DNA from: Ranitomeya imitator
Lineage: Eukaryota
Direction of reading: 5' to 3'
Assembly (NCBI RefSeq): GCF_032444005.1
Contig: NC_091284.1
Span: 191,518,001-191,582,000, forward strand
Length of the DNA: 64,000 bases
Both the position numbers and the translations under genes were made by a program. This document shows, piece by piece, positions 49,514 to 60,700 of this stretch. The notes under the pieces were generated by a model. The model had not been told where the DNA came from. It did not search any database and saw only the letters and a list, made by a program, of their open reading frames with translations. Each line of letters starts with the position of its first letter. The stretch's first letter is position 1.

Positions 49514-52500
49514 ATGGCTGCGAAAGGGGAAGCCTGGTACAACCAGCAAAAGAAGGACTTTCTTGCTGGGATATGCACGTGCCATGGCCTGAACCCCCAG
49601 GGTAAGACCAAGACTCAAATGGTCGCTGAACTGGTGCAATTTGAAGCAGACCAAGCCAGGCCACAGAGCCCAGAGGCCGCAGAAGCCAGCACAAGCGAAC
49701 ATGGTGCTGCAGCAGAGGTCCAACCACTGAATACAGGTCCTACTTGCAACCAGGGAGGTGCAGACCTCCTCCTGCAGCTGGCTCTGCAACAATGCGCTGC
49801 AGATGACCTAGAGGGACGTCGGCAGCTGATTCAGCAATACCATGAGCGAGCCGAGCGAGAGGCCCAGCGAGCCGAGTGAGAGGCCCAGGCCCAGCGAGCC
49901 GAGTGAGAGGCCCAAGCGGAGTGGGAGTACCAGCTACAGATTGCCCGACTGCAAATGCAGGGGTCGTCCCAGTTCAGCCGTGAGCCCAGCAGCGCTCAGA
50001 TACCTAAGCCCCGACCCGATCACTTCCCTGTTATGGAGAAGGACAGAGACTTGGACACGTTTCTGCGGGCCTTTGAGAAAGCCTGCAGACAGTACCGGCT
50101 GCCTACAGATGAATGGGCACAATACCTGACCCCAGGGCTGAGAGGCAAAGCACTGGAGGCATTTGCTGCCCTCCCTCAAGAACAAGATGGTGACTATGAG
50201 GCCATCAAGCAGGCTCTGATAGCCAAGTACCAGCTTATACCCGAGGTGTACCGTAGAAAGTTCCGGACCCTCCAATGTGGCCCACACGACAGTTACAGTG
50301 ATGTGGTGCATGGACTGTGGACCCACTTTGACCAGTGGACCCAAAGACTGTCAGTGACCACCTTTCCACAGTTGCGAGACCTGATGATCAAAGACCAGTT
50401 CTTTCATCTTTGCCCAGCTGAGGTGCGACAGTTCGTGATGGACAGAGAACCCAAAGACGTGACGAAAGCAGCACAGATTGCCGATGCCCATGAGGCCAAC
50501 CGTAGATCGGAAGTGCGGAAGCCAGTCACCACCAGCTGGAGAGGGGGTAAGCCTGCAACCAACGCCAGTACCCCTGCCAGCCAACACACCAGAGGTCCTG
50601 GCCCCGTGGCCAACAGCACCAGACCTACCACCGAACTTCGCAAGTGTTACACCTGCAATCAGACTGGTCATATCAGTCCCTCCTGCCCAACCAAGCAGAA
50701 GAACCCCCCAGCCAAGGCCCCAGGGCCTAATGCAGCAGTTCTTTTGGTGGGTGGTGTGGTTGGGAGGGTGTGTGACAACGTACAGCACGTCACTGTGGGA
50801 GGCCATGTTGCTACAGGCCTCAAGGACACCGGGGCTGAACGAACCCTCATCCGACCCGAACTGGCGGCCCCTGAAGAAATCATTCCGGGGAAAACCCTAA
50901 CTGTCACTGGGATTGGGGGCATCAGCTGTCCCTTACCGATGGCCCGGGTTTTTATTGATTGGGGTGTCGGGAACGGGGTGAAGGAAGTGGGGCTGTCTGA
51001 TAATTTGCCCACTGATGTTTTGTTGGGGACTGATTTGGGGAGGATGGTTGCATACTACGTTCCTGACACCCCTCCCCAATCTACTAATGAGGGTAACGTT
51101 AACCCTGATGATGATGATGATGGGAAATCGCATGTGTTACCTGACCATTTTTTTCCTAGGATTGATGGTGAAAATGTGGTACCTGTGCCAGCTAAACCTG
51201 ATAATAATTTTTCTGTGAAGGTTAATGTGTCCATAGGTACAGGTGTGCCCAGCCACGTCGCTCTGCGTAGTGAGACGGCTGAGGAACCCCTAACCGGGGC
51301 AAGTGTTGGTGCTACAGGAAATGGGGAGATGCATGGGAACCGTGAGGAAGGTGACACCATGAAAGTGACCAGTGCCACCGAGGAAGGTAACTGGCCCATA
51401 AGTAGCACTGCCCCTGGAGTGTTGGGGGTGGATGGGGAGGTCGAGCCCATAGCAGCGCCGGCTGATGGGACTGTAGAAACCCCCGGGGAGACAGCCTATG
51501 TAGCTGCTGTCACCCGCAGTCAGAGTGCCTGGAACACAGATAACTGTCTGCCTTTCGGACCCTCCTCAATCATCACTGTGGCTGAACCAGAGGTGGACCC
51601 AGAGCAGGTCCAAGAGGGTTCCCGTGGGGAAGGGACCCTGCCATCGCTTCTGGCTTCCCCTAGCCAGGAGTTTCAGGCCGCTCTGCACACAGATGCGAGC
51701 CTAGAGAGTTTGAGACAACTTGCCGGGACGCACTTCTCCAAGGCTGATAAGGAGAAGGTGTTCTGGGAACGAGGAAGGTTGTACCGGGAGACAGTACCCG
51801 GAGAATCACAAAAGGAGTGGTTGAGGGAAAGACAGCTGGTCGTCCCGCAGCAATTCCGGGGTGAGTTGTTGCGGATTGCCCATGAGATCCCACTAGCTGG
51901 ACACTTGGGGATCAGCAAAACTAAGGCCCGGCTGTCTCAACACTTCTATTGGCCTAAGATGGGGACAGATGTGTCAAACTACTGCCGCTCCTGTATCACT
52001 TGTCAAAGAGGGGGGAAGGCGGGGCCTGCTCTTAAGGCTCCCCTGATCCCTTTGCCAGTGATAGAGGAGCCTTTCCAGAGGATCACTGTGGACATTGTGG
52101 GCACGCTGGCCGTCCCCAGCAGCCCTGGAAAGCAATACATCCTTACTGTGGTAGACTATGCTTCCCGGTACCCAGAGACAGTAGCTCTGTCGTCAACTAG
52201 GGCAGATAAGGTGGCGGATGCCCTGTTGGCTATCTTTTCACGTGTAGGATTTCCCAGGGAAATGCTTACTGATCAAGGGACCCAATTTATGTCTCGCCTA
52301 ATGGAGGCTCTCTGTAAGAGAATGCAGGTGAAGCACCTGGTATCGAGTGCGTATCACCCACAGACCAATGGCTTGTGTGAACGCTTCAATGGTACCCTCA
52401 AACAGATGCTACGCATGCTGGTTGAGACTCAAGGGCGCGACTGGGAGCGGTACCTCCCACACCTGCTGTTCGCTTACCGAGAGGTTCCGCAGGCCTCGAC

Positions 52501-54463
52501 GGGGTTCTCCCCCTTCGAGCTTCTATACGGCAGGCGAGTCCGGGGACCCCTTGGGTTGGTAAGAGAATCCTGGGAAGAGGAGCCGAACCCTTCTGAAGTG
52601 TCCATAGTGGAGTATGTCATGCGCTTCCGTGACAAGATGCAGACCTTGACGCAGTTGGTGCATGACAACATGACGCAGGCTCAGGCTGACTAGAAGCACT
52701 GGTATGACCAGAACGCCCGGGAGCGGACCTACCACGTGGGTCAAAAGGTGTGGGTGCTGGTCCCCGTACCAACGGATAAGCTTCAGGCAGCCTGGGAGGG
52801 CCCGTATGTCGTCCACCAATAGCTCAACCCGGTCACGTACGTGGTCACGCATGACCACGCTCGGGGTAGGCGAAAGGCCTTTCACGTCAACATGATGAAG
52901 GCTCATCACAAACGTGAACCTTTCATCCTACCGGTCTGCAGCTTGCCCGAAGACGGTGAGGAAGACACCCTCCTGGACATGCTGGCCCAAGCTAAGGCCA
53001 ATGGGTCCATCGAGGACGTGGAGGTAAGCGCCTCGTTAACTGAACCCCAGCGGTTGCAGTTGCAAACCACACTGGAACCCTTCCGGGTCGTGTTCTCCAA
53101 CCGACCTGAGAGGACTCAGTTAGCAGTCCACGAGGTGGACACCGGGAATCACGCCCCACTACAGCGAACACCCTATCGAATCTCTGACCAGGTGCAGCAG
53201 ATTATGCGCCAAGAGATCGATGAGATGTTACAGCTGGGTGTGATTCGACGGTCAAAGAGCGCGTGGGCATCACCTGTAGTTCTCGTGCCAAAGAAGGACC
53301 GGACCACCCGGTTCTGCGTGGACTACAGGGGGCTCAACTCCATCACAGCCTCCGACGCGCACCCAATGCCGCGCATCGAGGAGCTGCTGGATAAGTTAGC
53401 TGGCGCAGATTACCTAACAATAATGGATCTGAGTCGAGGATACTGGCAGATTCCCCTGAGCCCCGAGGCGCAGGAGAAGTCCGCCTTTATTACACCTTTT
53501 GGACTGTACGAGTCCACGGTCAAGCCCTTCGGCATGAAGAATGCCCCTGCCACTTTCCAGCGGATGGTCAACCTCCTGCTTCAAGGACTGGAGAAGTACG
53601 CCGTGGCGTACTTGGATGACATTGCCATCTTCAGTTCCTCCTGGGAGGAACACCTGCAGCATCTCGAGGAGGTGCTCAGGTGAATTCACCTAGCAGGACT
53701 GACTATCAAGCCAGGAAAGTGCCAGATGGGCATGAGGGAGGTTCACTACCTGGGGCACCGGGTAGGCGGGAACACCCTGAAGCCAGAGCTGGAGAAAGTG
53801 GGCGCGATCGTGAACTGGCCCACTCCCGTGACCAAGAAACAGGTGATGTCCTTCCTGGGCACTGCAGGGTACTATAGGCGCTTCGTACAGCACTATAGTA
53901 GCCTGGCAAAACCTTTGACGGACCTCACCAGGAAGAAGCTACCCCACATCGTCAACTGGACAGATGGCTGTGAGGGGGCCTTCCAGGCGTTGAAGACCGC
54001 ACTGTGCAATGCCCCTGTGTTGAAAGCAGTCGACAGCAGTCGACCGTTCTTGGTGCAGACCGACGCCAGCGAGTTTGGCCTTGGTGCTGTGCTCAGCCAG
54101 GTTGACTCGGAGGACCAAGAGCACCCCGTGTTATACCTGAGCTGGAAACTTTTGTCGAGGGAAGTGGCCTACTCCACCATCGAGAAGGAGTGCCTGGCCA
54201 TAGTCTGGGCCCTGCAGTGCTTGCAGCCCTACTTGTACGGTTGCCCCTTCACTGTGGTGACCGACCACAACCCTCTGCGCTGGCTAAATGCCATGTGTGG
54301 AACCAACGGCAGGTTGCTACGCTGGAGCCTTGCCCTTCAGCAGTTTGACTTCACCATTGAACACAAAACGGGCAAAGAGCATGGGAATGCAGATGGACTC
54401 TCCCGCCAGGCTGAACCTACTGAGGTGCCCATGGAGGCATACCGTGGGGTACTGCCTCCCTAG
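49514..54463 (+). pseudogene. Gmr1-type gag-pol (SCAN-like capsid, CCHC, protease, integrase, RT, RNase H) with five in-frame stops
   Basis: CYTCNQTGHISPSC at ~50645; LKDTGA ~50825; HEIPLAGH ~51881; TVDIVG, TDQG and ERFN at ~52085-52390; YLDD ~53609; QTDAS ~54056. Stops at 49877, 49904, 52691, 52820 and 53681; no frameshifts. Confidence 0.93.
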
Positions 54464-54471
54464 CGCACACC

Positions 54472-54483
54472 AAAAGGGGGAGG
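54472..54483 (+). promoter_or_regulatory. Polypurine tract
   Basis: AAAAGGGGGAGG immediately before the 3' LTR TG. Confidence 0.85.
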
Positions 54484-57400
54484 TGTCACGATATGGTATG
54501 AAATATCATATAAGTAGCTTCTCTTGCTCAAGGCTGTGGGCTAACAAGCCCCCCTTCCCTTTCTCTCAGCCAAGAGCTGCTTTGCCAATGTAGATGGGGG
54601 AAGAAGAGTTTATTATCTCTAGCTCGGAGAGCAGAAGTATTTACGACCGGCATTTCCTGCCGTGTAAGCTCTTGTCCAGCTATAAGTGAACTAGAAACTT
54701 CGAGGATCCATGAAAGATTCTTTGTTTAGTTTTTGTAAGATATTAGGCAAACGATTTAAGCTAGAAATAGGAAAAATATATATTCCATAACGTCACTCGG
54801 CGGAGCTGTCAACCGCTGTAAACATGAACTTCTAACTCCATCTGATAAAGAAGTAGGGATTTCTCTGTAAATATGTATCCCAGATAGGACATATTTGATC
54901 TCATTAGAATGCCCACGTTAATCCGAGATGAATGCTGGGTTTGTTATGACTATGATATGTTTTGTAGCGAAGTTATAGAAATTAGAGAAAATAGTTTAAA
55001 GTTTACTCAGAATGTAGAGAGGGGAGGGTCTGGATAAACCAGCCTTTCTGTGATGTCACAGCCTTAAGGTTTTAAGTGTCTGGCAGGCTCTGAGGAGTCA
55101 CTTCTTTTTGACTTCTTGTCTTCTCCTGAAGCCAGCAGCACGTCCAATGAGCTGGGACGTATGGAAAAAACTCCACTAGCCTGGTTGCCTGCCATGCTTT
55201 GAACATGTGAGTGTTACCTTTTCTCATTTAATCCCTGTTTATTTTTATAATTACCCTTGTACATATTTGCAATTGTCTCATTTGTAACATCTTTATAAAA
55301 TATTTTTGATAAAGCACTGCCTAATTTTTTATGGGATATAATATTATATGTTAGTTCATTCTCCATGCTCTAAACGTACCCTGTCTCTTGAAGTGAAATA
55401 CGCTACTGTTGTGTTGGGTTAGCTTCGGACCCGTTTAATCGAAGCTGGTGGCAGCGAGAGTGTGCTGACTTTTGGGTTATGCTGAAGCGACTGCGGCATT
55501 GATAATTATTGTTCCTGCCTGAGTGGGAGTAGTTTATCGCGTTGCTGCAGCGTGCCCAATAGCCAGTACATAGCAGGCAGCCTTTCTGGCGACTAATTAC
55601 CCAGGGTGCAGTACCTAATCTGACCTGAGAGTAAGGGGGGGCGCCAGAGAGCTGCAAGTGTTAAGTGGAACTGTAAGTGGGATATACATAAATCCCTGCA
55701 GTTTGTGGTATATCGAAAGCAGTGTGATACCTAAAATAAGCCCCTGCTGTAAACTAAGAGGTCAATAGCCTTGTGTGTGTTTTCTCATCACATTGTTAGC
55801 AGTGGAGGGATAACTAAGATAAGCCCCCCTGCACATGTGATAGCCGTCTGTTGGCCTAAAGTCACCCCAACCCGTGACGTAGGGGTGACGGTCACGGTGT
55901 GAATCGTGACATGTAGCAAAAAGAAATATTATACAGGCAATGAGGGCAATGTCACTGTGGAACATACTAAAGTTCACTATATATCGTATGGGTTTATGGA
56001 GATGGAAAAATAACAAAATAAAAAATAAAAAATGAAAAATAAAAAATGAAAAAAGGGGAAAAAAAAGGGGGGGACCGAAAAGAGTCCGTCTCATGCTACT
56101 AAGAGTCTGAAAGCATAACATTCGAAAGTGACCAAAACATCAGCCAGAAAGCATTGGTACTGAGATGTGGTCTGTGGTCCCCACCTGCAAAACCACTCCT
56201 TTATTGAGTGTGTCTTGATAATTGCCAATAATTTCCATCTGTTTTCTATTCCATTTGCACAACATGTGAAATTGATTGTCAAACAGTGTTGCTTCCTAAG
56301 TGGACAGTTTGATTTCACAGAAGTTTGATTTACTTGGAGTTATATTCTGTTGAGCAGCGTATATTCAATGTATAAGAGTTTTATCAGTCTTAGTAGTTTG
56401 GGGAAATAATCAGAATGGTAGTAATATCAGCCCTGTATATGCCAGTAATATAAGGTCATGGTCTGATAATGTCTTTTATGTAGCAATTTTGGTGGAAATA
56501 TTGATCTTGTTACAGTTATGTACGGTAATGATAAGTAGGGTGGCATTATTTCATTAATATGTGGTGGTATTATGAAATCAGAGCATATGGCTGTATTATT
56601 GATGAGTTTGTCAATGTCAAGTAGGCCATATTTTTTATAGAATTCCTAAATAGGAAAGTGGTTATGGGGGAGGGGCAACATGGACCTTCAAATGCTGTGG
56701 CTGAATTTCAGCCCCATGGTTAACCTGTCACTCCCTGGCAATCACTCTATTTAAATACTCCTGTCGCTCATTAACAATGGCATCTAAATGGTTAAACAGC
56801 AGCAATCACAGCCAATTTATTAGAAGTGGGGAAAAAATTTCAGCAGCGAAAAACAGGATTTGCTTTCAGTTAGTATTGTGAATCCCAATATACAACAATT
56901 GTAAGAGATTCCATACACATTGGATTAAAGTTGTAAAATTTAAATATGTTTGGGAGCCTACAAATCTTCACCACAGATGAAAAAGATCAAGAAATTGAAA
57001 GATCGGGCCTGCTGGCATTCAGCGGTCAATCCTTTTGTTCTTCCTGGAGATAAACTGCCAACAGAGGAGTGTTCCTGATAGACGGCTGTCAGCCGAATAA
57101 TCATCTAATCTATGTGTATATGAAATCTTTAGACTAATAACACTGTAAGTAACACTGCATCCAATTCAGGATTAAATATGAGAAACTCATAGCATTATAC
57201 CATAATATACCATACCATAATGATGTGCTGAGTGGTATGTAATGTATATACTGAGGATATTTAGTATATTTATGCATCTTGTATAACTCAGCTACTAGGC
57301 TGACTTAACCTAGTAAAGATGAAATATCCGCACTGTCTTATAGCGTTAGATTTCCCCACTCCCTACCTCTGAACCGTTCCTGCTATACAGCAGCTAGAGA

Positions 57401-58284
57401 AAAATATATTACCTGGAAATCCAAATGAATCATTATTTTGAAGTCTTTCAAGCTCCATGGCTGTCGATGGTGCTACATCTTTAATAATGGGGATTTACTG
57501 TATATTTCTACCTGTCTACCCTGCTTGGATATGATTAAAGTGAATGTATGTATGTATATTTTCTTCTACTATTCTAGTTCCCCCAATCACATCCAGCATG
57601 TCGTGACTTACTCTACGAGAATGGCAATTATATTTTCATTTACTTTTGTTCTTTTGCTATGGTTGAACAACCTAAATTTCGGCAGCAAAAATTAAGACAT
57701 CCATTATTAATATCATTATTGGCAATAAAATAAATAGGATAAAAGTATAGTGGGATGTAAGTAACATAGCAACCAGCCTATGCCTGGCACGTGCCAAGCA
57801 GGGTATTATAACAACATGGCTCTTTTCATTTTAAAATGGAAAAATCAATTATAAAATATTGAGAAAATCTGCTGCTCTTTCTTAACTTGTTCATAGGTAG
57901 CTGTGGGAATTGTAGTTAGCAGAATGACTTGGCGTTTCTTCATGGTACTGTTATTATTGTTTCATAATAAGGCTGATTTGCATTTATATAGATATGCTTT
58001 TAGTAAAGCAAAGAGCTCAATAGTGCCCTCGAGATATTTTGCTCAAAGAACCCTGCCAGGAGTATCAGTGGCTAAGAGGTGATTGGTAAGGCAGATATTA
58101 AATTAAACTAAGACACAACAAGCCAGGGAAGGAAAAAATGATACTGGGGTTAGTAATTAACCAGGGTTATGAGATAAGGTTGTGGATGCACAGTAAAGAG
58201 AGGCTGGCGGGATATACGTAACATGTATATGTAGGATTACAGTTTATGCAAATCCTTATCCTTCCTGATTCCAGTATTAAGTGA

Positions 58285-58403
58285 TAGGGATTCTAGATTG
58301 TGAGCCCAATCGGGGACAGTGATGATAATGTGTGCAAAACTGTAAAGCGCTGCGGAATATGTTAGCGCTATATAAAAATAAAGATTAAAAAATAAAGATT
58401 ATT
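58285..58403 (+). mobile_element. SINE 3' end
   Basis: GATAGGGATTCTAGATTGTGAGCCC...AAAGCGCTGCGGAATATGTTAGCGCTATATAAAAATAAAGATTA; the first part is shared with the SINE at 60497-60700. Confidence 0.7.
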
Positions 58404-58704
58404 AAGTAATCCTGATTTCCCATTGAAGCCATCCGGATGAATGCCTACTGGTTGGCAAAGGTCACGATGGGAAATACATATTAGAATCCGTTAGATTTTG
58501 ACATATGTCATATAGTGATTTACTTATGTTGAAACTCTCAAACATTTCTTTTCCACTGCTCTACTTGGCCAAGTCATTCTTGAATGATAAATTGCGTAAT
58601 GGCAAAGCAATATAACGTGAATGTAATGGCATGTTGGACACATTCATGCCTAGTGTGCATCATATGCGAAAAAGTATTTTATGGTAATTCCGATATGGTA
58701 GTAA

Positions 58705-59534
58705 AGGTACCTTCACACATAACGATATTGTTAACGATATCGTTGCTATTTGTGACGTAGCAACGATATCATTAATGAAATCGTTATGTGTGACAGCGAC
58801 CAACGATCAGGCCCCTGCTGGGAGATCGTTGGTCGCTGAATAAAGTCCAGAACTTTATTTCGTCGCTGGACTCCCTGGAGACATCGCTGGATCGGCGTGT
58901 GTGACACCGATCCAGCGATGTCTTCACTGGTAACCAGGGTAAACATCGGGTAACTAAGCGCAGGGCCGCGCTTAGTAACCCGATGTTTACCCTGGTTACC
59001 ATGCTAAAAGTAAAAAAAAACAAACACTAGATACTTACCTACAGCCGTCTGTCCTCCAGCGCTGTGCTCTGCTTCTCTGCTCTCCTCCTGTACTGTCTGT
59101 GAGCCGGAAAGCAGAGCGGTGACGTCACCGCTCTGCTTTCCGGCTCACAGACAGTACAGGAGGAGAGCAGAGCACAGCGCCGGGGGACAGACAGCGGTAG
59201 GTAAGTATCTAGTGTTTGTTTTTTTTTACTTTTAGCATGGTAACCAGGGTAAACATCGGGTTACTAAGCGCGGCCCTGCGCTTAGTTACCCGATGTTTAC
59301 CCTGGTTACCAGTGAAGACATCGCTGGATCGGTGTCACACACGCCGATCCAGCGATGTCTCCAGGGAGTCCAGCGACGAAATAAAGTTCTGGACTTTATT
59401 CAGCGACCAACGATCTCCCAGCAGGGGCCTGATCGTTGGTCGCTGTCACACATAACGATTTCATTAACGATATCGTTGCTACGTCACAAATAGCAACGAT
59501 ATTGTTAACAATATCGTTATGTGTGAAGGTACCT
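58705..59534. mobile_element. Harbinger MITE, 830-bp near-perfect palindrome
   Basis: AGGTACCTTCACACATAACGAT termini with TAA TSD (58702-04 and 59535-37). Confidence 0.93.
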
Positions 59535-59677
59535 TAAGTAATAAAAATGTCTTAAAACATTCTTTCTCTCATTATTCTGGCATTTGGCAAACATTAATAA
59601 TTATGGTAATCTAATTAACTTAAAATGGGAAAGGTTTATTCTGATTTCATGTCAGATATTGAGAAAAACATGCATAT

Positions 59678-59838
59678 GTTTTTAAGGTTGAAGGAAGACT
59701 TTAAGTACATCTAGTTCAACTCATATCCTAACCTAACATGCCCTAACATGTTGATCCAGAGGAAGGCAAAAAAAAACAATGTGGCAAACAGTAAGCTCCA
59801 CATCGGGGAAAAGAAATCCTTCCCTACTCCACATACAG
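59678..59838 (-). mobile_element. Probable CR1-like LINE 3' end
   Basis: AAGGTTGAAGGAAGAC...CTAACATGTTGATCCAGAGGAAGGCAAAAA pattern, recognised from memory of anuran repeats only. Confidence 0.45.
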
Positions 59839-59845
59839 CAATTAA

Positions 59846-60010
59846 CCCCTTCATGACCCAGCCTATTTTGACCTTAATGACCTGGCCGTTTTTTGCAATT
59901 CTGACCAGTGTCCCTTTATGAGGTAATAACTCAGGAACGCTTCAACAGATCCTAGCGGTTCTGAGATTGTTTTTTCATGACATATTGGGCTTTATGTTAG
60001 TGGTAAATTG
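59846..60010 (+). mobile_element. Left end of a piggyBac-like non-autonomous element
   Basis: TTAA followed by CCCCTT; shares GCAATTCTGACCAGTGTCCCTTTATGAGG with the element at 63185. Confidence 0.65.
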
Positions 60011-60022
60011 GTGGTAGTGGTA

Positions 60023-60433
60023 AACAAACAGTACATACTTACCTACAGCCGTCTGTCCTCCAGCGCTGTGCTCTGCACTCCTCCTGTACTGGCTGTGAGC
60101 CGGAAAGCAGAGCGGTGACGTCACCGCTCTGCTTTCCGGCTCCCAGACAGTACAGGAGGAGAGCAGAGAAGCAGAGCGCAGCGCTGGAGGACAGACGGCT
60201 GTAGGTAAGTATGTACTGTTTGTTTTTTTTTACTTTTAGCATGGTAACCAGGGTAAACATCGGGTTACTAAGCGCGGCCCTGCGCTTAGTTACCCGATGT
60301 TTACCCTGGTTACCGGCATCGTTGGTCGCTGGAGAGCGGTCTGTGTGACAGCTCTCCAGCGACCAAACAGCGACGCTGCAGCGATTCGGATCGTTGTCGG
60401 TATCGCTGCAGCGTCGCTAAATGTGAAGGGGCC
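60023..60433. mobile_element. Right part of a Harbinger MITE
   Basis: Same CCAGGGTAAACATCGGGTTACTAAGCGC core as 58705-59534; ends ATGTGAAGGGGCC before TTAA. Confidence 0.8.
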
Positions 60434-60496
60434 TTAAGTGAGGCACTAAATATCTAAAGAACTGATAGAGTAGACAATTTAATCTGGGTCAATACA

Positions 60497-60700
60497 ATGG
60501 TTCATTTCTTAGCACTAAAGCTTTGCAACGTTGGGGTCCTGGGTTCAAATCCCACCAAGGCTTACATCTGCAAGGGTTTTGCATGTTCTCCCCGTGTTTG
60601 CGTTGGTTTACTCCTGTTATCTATCACAATCCAAAGACACACTGATAGGGAATTTAGATTATGAGCCCCAATAAGGCCAGTGATGATTATGACTGTAAAA
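60497..60700 (+). mobile_element. tRNA-derived SINE (V-SINE-like)
   Basis: B box GGTTCAAATCC at 60542-52 followed by the V-domain-like TTTGCATGTTCTCCCCGTGTTTGCG...CCAAAGACA. Confidence 0.8.

Larger units (their letters stand above)
47729..55911 (+). mobile_element. Full-length Gmr1-type Ty3/Gypsy LTR retrotransposon
   Basis: LTRs 47729-49295 and 54484-55911 ((T)GTCACGA...TCGTGACA; roughly 20 substitutions by eye), PBS, PPT, and a single gag-pol frame in PR-IN-RT-RH order. Confidence 0.95.

Noticed and set aside
60530-60560. tRNA gene
   Set aside because: Only a B box is clear, there is no cloverleaf, and SINE body sequence follows.
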